Positions 54,667 to 61,694 of a stretch of DNA of 64,000 nt are shown here, one piece after another. Within the stretch, counting starts at the first letter, position 1. Every line of letters begins with the position of its first letter. The notes beneath the pieces were generated by a model. The model ran no database searches. It had not been told where the DNA came from and saw only the letters and a list, made by a program, of their open reading frames with translations. Made by a program: the position numbers and the translations under genes. This stretch comes from an uncultured Desulfatibacillum sp. (GTDB lineage Bacteria > Desulfobacterota > Desulfobacteria > Desulfobacterales > SpSt-501): NCBI GenBank assembly GCA_964427375.1, contig CAYRUF010000005.1, positions 69,286-133,285 on the forward strand, in the 5' to 3' direction.

Positions 54667-56676
54667 GTGTTCGACAAGATCCTGATCGCCAACCGGGGTG
54701 AGATCGCCATCCGCATCGCGCGGACCTGCAAGCGCATGGGGATTCGCACGGTGGCGGTGTACTCCGAGATCGACGCCCGGTCGCAGCATGTGCAGGCGGC
54801 GGACGAAGCCGTTTGCATCGGGCCTCCGCGGTCGGATCAGTCCTATCTATCCAAGGAAAAAATCATAGAGGCGGCGCTTGCGCGCCAATGTGCGGCGATC
54901 CACCCCGGCTACGGCTTTCTTTCTGAGAATCCGGCCTTCGCGGAAATGGTGAACAGTGCTGGACTTGCCTTCATCGGACCGCCGCCCGTCGCCATTGCCG
55001 CCCTGGGAGACAAGGTGGCGTCGAAAGCCCTTGCAGTGAAAGCCGGGGTGCCGGTGGTGCCGGGACTTCTCAAATCGGTCGACGACCTGGACGCAGCCCT
55101 GGCCGGCGCCGATGGAATCGGTTACCCGCTCCTGCTGAAGCCGGCTGCGGGCGGCGGCGGCAAGGGCATGCGCATCGTCGCCTCACGGAACGAGCTGGCC
55201 GCGGCCATGCAGGCCGGTCGCGCCGAGACCCGCAAGGCCTTCGGGGACGACCGGGTCTTCGTGGAGAAGTATATCCCGGTCGCGCGCCATGTGGAGATCC
55301 AGATCATGGCCGACCGCCACGGTGCGGTCATCCACCTGGGCGAGCGCGAGTGCTCGGTCCAGCGGCGCTATCAAAAGGTCGTCGAGGAATCCCCTTCGGT
55401 CGCCGTCGACGCGGACCTGCGGGGGCGAATGGGGGCCTGCGCCTGCCGGATCGCACGGGAGGCCGGCTACGTCAACGCCGGCACGGTGGAGTTCATCCTG
55501 GATCCGGCCGGCAGCTTCTTCTTTCTGGAGATGAACACGCGCCTGCAGGTGGAGCATCCCGTGACCGAAATGGTGACCGGGCTGGACCTCGTGGAGCTGC
55601 AGTTGCGCGTGGCGGCCGGCGAGCCCCTGCCGCTGCGTCAAGAGGACGTCGCCTGGAAGGGCTGGGCCGTGGAAGCGCGAGTCTGCGCCGAGGACCCCGG
55701 CCGCGGGTTTCTCCCGTCGACGGGGATGATCACGCGCTATTCGCCCGCCTGCGGCGCGAATGTCCGCCTGGACAGCGGCGTCGAAGCCGGCAGCCTGATC
55801 AGCGTCTTCTACGATTCGCTGCTCGCCAAGGTCATCGCCTGGGGCGCAACCCGCCGGGACGCGATCGACTCGCTGGTGCGCGCGCTGAACGGCTACCACA
55901 TCGAGGGGCCGGCCACGAACGTGGATTTCGTCAACTCGGTCCTGACCCACCCTGAATTCATCGCGGGGAATCTGTCCACGGCGTTCATCGAAACACATTT
56001 CGACAAAGGCCTGCCCAAGGCCGCTCCTCCTGTGGAGCGGCTCCATTTCATGGCCATGGCAGCCACGATCGTCTACCACAACCGCCAGAACCTCACGCGC
56101 GAGTCCCTGAAACCCATGGCGGCCCAGGTGGGGGTCGCGCACGCTTCCCTGGACTGCCACCCTTATATGGTGCGCTGCCGCCAGGACGTCTTCGAGGTCT
56201 GCCTGCGCAAAGATCCGCCGGCCCACGAGTGGACCGTCACCGTCGACGGCGTGACCTACGCGGTGACCACTCCCGAGTTCGAGTTCTACCGGCGCCGGCT
56301 CAAGCTCAAGATCAACGGTCGATCGCACATGTTCCGTCTGTACTACCAGTACAGCTTTTTCGGGGTCGCCTTCTGCGGCACGGCGCGGATCTTCGAGGTG
56401 TTCTCCCCACGGGAATGGGAGCTCTCGCGGCACATGCCCGCTCCCCGCGACGATGTGCTCGAAAACGTCCTGCTCTGCCCCATGCCGGGGCTCGTGGTGG
56501 GGGTGCGCGTAAAGAAGGGCGACCGCGTCTACCGCGGCCAGGACCTGGTCAGCATCGAATCCATGAAAATGGAGAGCTTCGTCGCCTCGCCCTGCGACGG
56601 CGAAGTGGAGGAGGTGCTGGCGGTACCCGGGCAGGCGGTGGAAGCGGATGAAGTCCTGGTGCGGTTTAAGATTTAA
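54667..56676 (+). CDS. Acyl-CoA carboxylase alpha subunit (biotin carboxylase + biotin carboxyl carrier domain)
   Basis: GTG start. Motifs include FDKILIANRGEIAIRI, an ATP-grasp (GGGGKGMR) and a C-terminal biotinyl-Lys context (SIESMKMES). Confidence 0.92.
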   Translation: MFDKILIANRGEIAIRIARTCKRMGIRTVAVYSEIDARSQHVQAADEAVCIGPPRSDQSYLSKEKIIEAALARQCAAIHPGYGFLSENPAFAEMVNSAGLAFIGPPPVAIAALGDKVASKALAVKAGVPVVPGLLKSVDDLDAALAGADGIGYPLLLKPAAGGGGKGMRIVASRNELAAAMQAGRAETRKAFGDDRVFVEKYIPVARHVEIQIMADRHGAVIHLGERECSVQRRYQKVVEESPSVAVDADLRGRMGACACRIAREAGYVNAGTVEFILDPAGSFFFLEMNTRLQVEHPVTEMVTGLDLVELQLRVAAGEPLPLRQEDVAWKGWAVEARVCAEDPGRGFLPSTGMITRYSPACGANVRLDSGVEAGSLISVFYDSLLAKVIAWGATRRDAIDSLVRALNGYHIEGPATNVDFVNSVLTHPEFIAGNLSTAFIETHFDKGLPKAAPPVERLHFMAMAATIVYHNRQNLTRESLKPMAAQVGVAHASLDCHPYMVRCRQDVFEVCLRKDPPAHEWTVTVDGVTYAVTTPEFEFYRRRLKLKINGRSHMFRLYYQYSFFGVAFCGTARIFEVFSPREWELSRHMPAPRDDVLENVLLCPMPGLVVGVRVKKGDRVYRGQDLVSIESMKMESFVASPCDGEVEEVLAVPGQAVEADEVLVRFKI

Positions 56677-56689
56677 CGCGGCAGGAGTT

Positions 56690-56912
56690 TCATGCAGGTT
56701 GCCGGATCGAATTCTCAGATGTTTCAGAGAGTTGCTCAAAGGACAAAAAGGGGAGGCTTGCCTGCTGGCGGGCCTGTTCAATAGTCATCGCCACAAGGTT
56801 CCCCGAGGCATCCAAATCGATGTAAGATGTTTTCGTTTATTTCTTTGGTTTCGGCAACAGCCCCTGCTGAGAACTCGACTAATGCCGTATCGGTATCTGA
56901 AAAATACTTTAT
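56690..56912 (-). pseudogene. Decayed DUF2283-like small gene (start lost, one frameshift)
   Basis: The minus strand reads (I)KYFSDTDTALVEFSAGAVAETKEINENIL, then after a frameshift YIDLDASGNLVAMTIEQARQQ.... This resembles the DUF2283 pattern (YD.e.DaLyI.l.....e..e......D.d..G.lvGiEi..A). The region is AT-rich. Confidence 0.4.
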
Positions 56913-57067
56913 TTATTTAATTTGAATTCGAGAACCGGCTCGTTGTTTCGTTTTTGATATATGAGGGTCTTCTAAGGTGGCCTGCCGGCGAGGCCTCGCA
57001 TCGTCACCATCCAGTGCCGGATCGACCCAACCGCTCATCGCCGGCCGCACCACGGCCTCACATCTCC

Positions 57068-57493
57068 TCACATCTGATGAGCCGCCAGGAACATGGATTG
57101 CGACAGCGCGACGAAGAAGCGCTGATAGAGTTCGGAATCCTCGATCGCCTGGAGGTTGTACTGGGCGTTGGCCCTGACCAGCACCTGCGTCTCCCCCCGC
57201 GGACGCACGCTAACGGTCATCTTCAGCACGTATCCCGAAAGCCGGGTGGCGCTTACGATCCCCAGCGACGAACTGGCCTTGTCAATCACGAATCCCAGAT
57301 CCTGCAGGGTTGCGATCACCGCACGCATGGCCCGGTTTTCATCGGGAGTGTCGAAAACGCGCGACTGGATCGAGCGCAGCCGGACCTCCGATTCGCCAGC
57401 CTCCAGCACCGGCCGGGTGGTCGGGGCGCAGGCGCAGACCGTCAGCAGCAAGGCGGCAATGCCCCCGGGAACGATGAAACGACTGGTTTTCAT
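57068..57493 (-). CDS. Lipoprotein of unknown function (paralogue of the upstream gene)
   Basis: 141 aa with a signal peptide and Cys lipobox region (ALLLTVCACA). It shares the motifs QSR.FDT...., LQDLGF.I and FF..LS.S.FL.AH with 57490-58044. Confidence 0.75.
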   Translation of the reverse strand: MKTSRFIVPGGIAALLLTVCACAPTTRPVLEAGESEVRLRSIQSRVFDTPDENRAMRAVIATLQDLGFVIDKASSSLGIVSATRLSGYVLKMTVSVRPRGETQVLVRANAQYNLQAIEDSELYQRFFVALSQSMFLAAHQM

Positions 57494-58044
57494 AGTTCGT
57501 GTGCCTCCAGAAAGAGGGATCGCGAGAGCTTTTCGAAAAAATCACGGTACATCTGAGGTTCAACCAGGCCTTCCTGACGGCTGACCAGCCCCCGCTGGTT
57601 GCGGACGATCCGCTGGAACGACACTCTCACGACCGTTCGACATTTGGCCGGATCGGCGGCGTCCACCGCGACCGGCTGGGTCACGACCGATGCACGGATC
57701 CATTGATCCCTGTCCACGGGAGGGACGACGCCGGTGAGCATGGCCAGGGCGAAAGCCCCGATCATCTGCTCCGTGCGGCTGGCATCACGGTGCTTGGAGC
57801 AGGCGATCAGCCCGTAGGCCGGCTCGCTGTCCTCGATCATGAACCCCAGGTCCTGCAGCAGCGCGGTGCTGGCGGCCAGGAGGGTCTGCTCGTCGGTGTC
57901 GAACTGACGGCTCTGCAGCGGGCGCTGGACCAGGTCCTCGGGCGCAAGCTCCAAGGCCGCTCTGGGAACCAAAGGGACGCAGCTGTTGAGCAGCAACAAG
58001 AGCCCCAGCATGAATGCCATGAATTTGATAACGACGTGCCGCAT
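57490..58044 (-). CDS. Lipoprotein of unknown function (paralogue pair member)
   Basis: 184 aa with lipobox LLLLNSC and a 4-nt overlap with the downstream paralogue. Confidence 0.75.
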   Translation of the reverse strand: MRHVVIKFMAFMLGLLLLLNSCVPLVPRAALELAPEDLVQRPLQSRQFDTDEQTLLAASTALLQDLGFMIEDSEPAYGLIACSKHRDASRTEQMIGAFALAMLTGVVPPVDRDQWIRASVVTQPVAVDAADPAKCRTVVRVSFQRIVRNQRGLVSRQEGLVEPQMYRDFFEKLSRSLFLEAHEL

Positions 58045-58058
58045 GGACGCCTCCGCAC

Positions 58059-58517
58059 TCAGAAACTGGATTGCCGGTAGGCAAAATCCCGCACCCGATG
58101 GTCCTCGTTGAACTTGACGATCACGGTCAGCGTGCGCTGGCTGGTGGACGAGGCGCCCTCGCTCCTGAAGAAATTGGGTAGAATTCCTCCGCCGCCGGCG
58201 ACGGTCCCCGTGAACCCCGCCAGGATGAGCGCCGCGACCCCACCCGAGCTGGCGGAGTAGGCATGCTCGGTTGCGATGCGGTCATACACCCAAACTTCCC
58301 GTCGGTTTTCGTCCGTGGCGATAACGTTGGGCGACCCCAGGGCCTCCGCCACCTCGGCATTCGTCATCCCCGTGCGGATCTCGCGCTGAACTTTGCCGGC
58401 CGTCAACCGGTCGGCATCCTCCGCCTGGACCGACTTGCGATGATCGGACGCCGTTGAGCACCCCACGAAAGTTGCGGTGAATGCCAGGCATATCGCCCAC
58501 ACCAGGATCCTTTTCAT
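58059..58517 (-). CDS. Lipoprotein with SmpA/OmlA (BamE-like) motif and Gly-rich segment
   Basis: 152 aa with lipobox TFVGCS. GMTNAEVAEALGSPN resembles the BamE/SmpA_OmlA core, and a glycine-zipper-like stretch (GGVAALILAGFTGTVAGGGG) follows. Confidence 0.7.
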   Translation of the reverse strand: MKRILVWAICLAFTATFVGCSTASDHRKSVQAEDADRLTAGKVQREIRTGMTNAEVAEALGSPNVIATDENRREVWVYDRIATEHAYSASSGGVAALILAGFTGTVAGGGGILPNFFRSEGASSTSQRTLTVIVKFNEDHRVRDFAYRQSSF

Positions 58518-58610
58518 GATTCACCTCCCAATCTTTGCCCAACACCCAGGTCCATGGAAACCAGCCGCATCGGCCCGCGAACGCGCCAAGGCGCTATACT
58601 GCGAAACGCC

Positions 58611-59060
58611 TCACTCGCTCTGCTCGCCGCCCTTGAAGTATTCGACGGTTTGCACCCGGTCGCTGCTGTTGTAGGTGACCAGCACCATCGTGTCCGTGCC
58701 GCTGAATATCATTTCCGTGGGAGTTCCGACCGCCTCCCAGAGGCCAAAGGTCAGTATGTCGGCGGTTCCGTGCAGCACGGCTCTCGAGATTCTGGCCGGC
58801 TGGGAATAGCCCTGCTTGAACTTGTACACCTCGGAACGGACGCCGTCCCGGTTTTCATAGCCGGACGGCAGGCCCATCTCGGCCAGGACCACCTGCCGCG
58901 GCACTCCCGGCTTGAAGACCTCGAGGTTTTTCTTATCCCGAAGCTGCGCGGCCATGAACACCGAGCAGCCCGATAGGCTGAACAACAAGCAGGCCGCCAG
59001 GAGAAGTCCGGGGATGGCGCTGCCGGATTCGGTTTCCTGTCGTTTCGGGGTGGTTTTCAT
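58611..59060 (-). CDS. Lipoprotein of unknown function
   Basis: Start at ATG 59060 (MKTTPKRQE...), preceded by GGGAGGA. The lipobox is FSLSGCS. Confidence 0.7.
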   Translation of the reverse strand: MKTTPKRQETESGSAIPGLLLAACLLFSLSGCSVFMAAQLRDKKNLEVFKPGVPRQVVLAEMGLPSGYENRDGVRSEVYKFKQGYSQPARISRAVLHGTADILTFGLWEAVGTPTEMIFSGTDTMVLVTYNSSDRVQTVEYFKGGEQSE

Positions 59061-59114
59061 GGTGATTTCCTCCCTTCCTCCGAGCGTTGGGCGAGGGCTT
59101 TCAAAGGACGTCAT

Positions 59115-59909
59115 TTAGCGATACCGCAAACCGCCCAGCATAATAATCGTCGTAATAATCGCAGTATCGGCAGCGGCCGCCGGGACCACCAACAGGGTAT
59201 AGGGATTCACCCATTCGCTGCCGGGCTCGAAGGCGCCGGCAATCCCGATCGGCTGGAGGTGTTCCGAATTCTTGTCAGGCGGCAAGTAGACCATCAGGAC
59301 ATCTTCTGCCCCGAAGGATTCAGACGGACGTTCTTCAGGTTCAAAGCGGACTTCGATGAGCCGGCCTTGATCTGCTGTGCCAGCATTCTGGGAATGAAGG
59401 ATTTCCGGTAACCGCGGCTGATCCTCGGGGCGGATCTGGAGTGTTTCGATCTTCAGCGCCGAAACCGGAAAATGACTCTCACCGGCAGGGTTGCCGCAGT
59501 CCTTTTGCGCCTCCAGAAGCGGGTAGAGATACCAGATCAGCCCCGACGGGGACATAGAACCATGGTCCGATCCGATCCGGCCGTAACCGGCCGGCATGAT
59601 GTCGGAGAAGGTCCTCCCGATCTGGGAGGCCTGCGAAAGGTTGATCGTGTAAGCATGCGGGGCGTCAGCGGGGGAATCGCGAAGCTCGACGCAGGCAAAT
59701 ACGTCACTTCCGGCGACGAAATAACCGGAGCGGACGGCGGCCAGGGACCAGAAGTTGGTGGCTTCCTTGACCCGTACTTCGCGCGCCTGTCGCAGTTCAA
59801 GGACTTTGCTGGTGATGCATCCGGACAGGCTCAGGAAGCTGACAAGAGGAACCGCAATCATGAGGATGCGCTGGATGGCTTTTCTCAGCAAACGGCTTTC
59901 AGGCTTCAT
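59115..59909 (-). CDS. Lipoprotein of unknown function with C-terminal hydrophobic helix
   Basis: 264 aa with lipobox LSLSGC, a C-terminal LLVVPAAAADTAIITTIIMLGGL and a strong RBS (GAGGAGGTG). Confidence 0.7.
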   Translation of the reverse strand: MKPESRLLRKAIQRILMIAVPLVSFLSLSGCITSKVLELRQAREVRVKEATNFWSLAAVRSGYFVAGSDVFACVELRDSPADAPHAYTINLSQASQIGRTFSDIMPAGYGRIGSDHGSMSPSGLIWYLYPLLEAQKDCGNPAGESHFPVSALKIETLQIRPEDQPRLPEILHSQNAGTADQGRLIEVRFEPEERPSESFGAEDVLMVYLPPDKNSEHLQPIGIAGAFEPGSEWVNPYTLLVVPAAAADTAIITTIIMLGGLRYR

Positions 59910-59938
59910 GATCCACCTCCTCTTTTGAATGACGGTAG

Positions 59939-59954
59939 AGCAAGGGCCGTACCA
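59939..59954 (-). promoter_or_regulatory. Sigma-54 (-24/-12) promoter of the five-lipoprotein operon
   Basis: The minus strand reads TGGTACGGCCCTTGCT against the consensus TGGCACG-N4-TTGCW, with one mismatch and correct spacing. It lies 30 nt upstream of ATG 59909. Confidence 0.6.
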
Positions 59955-60003
59955 TGAACTTACAGGAACCGCTGCTTCCCGCCGCCGCCGCCGAAAATGT
60001 TAG

Positions 60004-60027
60004 GGCAACCATTAAGGCAACCATTTA
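60004..60027. repeat. Tandem 12-mer (GGCAACCATTAA GGCAACCATTTA) upstream of the sigma-54 promoter, candidate activator site
   Basis: Two adjacent copies differ at one position. They lie 50-73 bp upstream of the -24 element. Confidence 0.5.
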
Positions 60028-60262
60028 AAATCGTTTTGAATTTACCAAGGATGCAAATCCGGACGTGCGGAGCGATTCAAGCCTGACAAACGCTCTCGAC
60101 CCAGGGCTTGGGAGAGCATGCCTGCAACTGCGGTTGACGGCTCAAAGGGGATCTGGAGCAATTGCTTGTCGATTCATTCGGTTGGCTGCGGGAAAGGTGG
60201 TTGACCCGTCAACCCCGGCGGCGGCCCAGGGCTGCTGCCGAACGGCGCGGCGACGAGCGTTT

Positions 60263-61651
60263 TCATGCATTTCGGCCGTGGTTCTGCAGGTGCTGCCGGG
60301 CCTGGTACATGAAAGTGCGGATGGCGGTTTCGCGGTTGGGCTGGATGCTGTCGTCGTAGGGGGTGTCCAGGAAGGGAAAGCCCAGCTCATGCATGATCGG
60401 CCGCACGACGGCCGATGTGGTCGTGCCGGGCATGCAGGTGAAGGGGTAGACATTCACCGCGCCGTTAAATCCGTTGCGGGCGCAGTGCAGGATGCCGGGA
60501 ATGCTCAAGCTGGCCTCGGTGGGGATGTCGAAGGAAAAATCGCCCGATCCTTTCAGTACCTTCTCCAGGTGTGAAATCCGATGATCCTCGGCGATGTAAA
60601 GCCGCCTCCGGGCGCGTTTGAAGACCGCCTGCTGGGTTCTCTCCTGGAACCGAAGATGGATGCCAAAATCCAGCATCTCCCGGATCGATTCCTTTACAAG
60701 GCGGGGCCGAAGCAATCGCAGACCGAGCCCCAGCTTTTTTTTGGCCTGCCGCAGCCCGTCGTAACTCACGTAGTTCAGCCACTCCGTCATGGAGGCGTTG
60801 ACCACCTCCGCCCCGTAGCGTTCCAGCATTCGAATCAGGTCCTGATTGGAGCGACGGTGCATGCGCAGGAAGATTTCCCCCACCATGCCGATGAGCGGCT
60901 TCGGCGGGGCAGCCGGATCGATGATGGCCAGGCCGGCCGCCAGAACCTTTTCGAGCTCCCCGACGACCGGGTCAAACGGGTTCCCGGCGCCGGTCCGCTC
61001 GACAACCTCCATCAACCGGTGCAGGCCCTGCTCCGCCAGGGCATCGGTCAGGCCGGCCGCCTTCTCGTAGGGCCGGACTCTCCAGGTCATCCGGTCCAGG
61101 ACATCGGATACGACCATGGCTAGACAGGCCGTCTTCTTGAAGCGCTGAATCTTCTGGGGGTCGATCAGGCCCTCCGGCGAGTAGTTGTCCGTGTTGGTGA
61201 GGGAACTGATTTTCAAGGCCTGCAAGTCCGGCAGCGAATCCAGCACCAATCGCTGGTATTTGTTGTACATCCCGAACCGGCAGGGACCCTCCGACTCCGG
61301 CATGAAGAAGACATAACGGTCCGCCCGGAAGGCCGCTCCCAGGCGGCGCCTTTCTTCTTCGACAAAATGCAAAAGGTCTCCCAGCGTGACCAGGCAGGGG
61401 AAGCATTCCTTGCCGGAAGTGAATTTCTTGCCGAGTTCTAGGCCGCGGCCGGTCTCCAGCACCTGGGCATCGACGGCAAAGGCCCTTAGAACAGCCGCGA
61501 AGAGATGAGCGCTGCTGCGGTTCATCTCGGGGATCAGGACCTGGCTCTTTCCCAGTTGGAGTTTACCGATGGTTTTGGTTGAAGCCGGTATTTGAACTAC
61601 ATTCGCGCTTTCCATGGCAATCTCTCTTCTAATCTCGCTCTTGAAAGTCAT
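60263..61651 (-). CDS. Acyl-CoA dehydratase activase-related protein (DUF2229/YjiM-like, HgdB-like fold)
   Basis: About 460 aa with GKECFPC, EGPCRFGMY, IGMVGEIF and FTCMPG, motifs typical of the proteins that accompany BcrAD/HgdC-type activases. The start is uncertain (ATG 61651 or 61615). Confidence 0.75.
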   Translation of the reverse strand: MTFKSEIRREIAMESANVVQIPASTKTIGKLQLGKSQVLIPEMNRSSAHLFAAVLRAFAVDAQVLETGRGLELGKKFTSGKECFPCLVTLGDLLHFVEEERRRLGAAFRADRYVFFMPESEGPCRFGMYNKYQRLVLDSLPDLQALKISSLTNTDNYSPEGLIDPQKIQRFKKTACLAMVVSDVLDRMTWRVRPYEKAAGLTDALAEQGLHRLMEVVERTGAGNPFDPVVGELEKVLAAGLAIIDPAAPPKPLIGMVGEIFLRMHRRSNQDLIRMLERYGAEVVNASMTEWLNYVSYDGLRQAKKKLGLGLRLLRPRLVKESIREMLDFGIHLRFQERTQQAVFKRARRRLYIAEDHRISHLEKVLKGSGDFSFDIPTEASLSIPGILHCARNGFNGAVNVYPFTCMPGTTTSAVVRPIMHELGFPFLDTPYDDSIQPNRETAIRTFMYQARQHLQNHGRNA

Positions 61652-61694
61652 GTCGTTTCGCCTTTGGCCGAGGTTCGTGGCTTGGCCCTTACGC

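Noticed and set aside
52945-54789. 614-aa minus-strand ORF and 579-aa plus-strand ORF overlapping the carboxyltransferase gene.
   Set aside because: These are alternative-frame and antisense shadow ORFs. Only the 53029-54657 frame carries PccB-type motifs.
60004-60027. The tandem 12-mers read on the minus strand (TGGTTGCC...TGGTTGCC) as a sigma-54 promoter.
   Set aside because: The GG-to-GC spacing does not fit the -24/-12 geometry. A much better match lies at 59939-59954, so I kept the 12-mers only as a candidate activator site.
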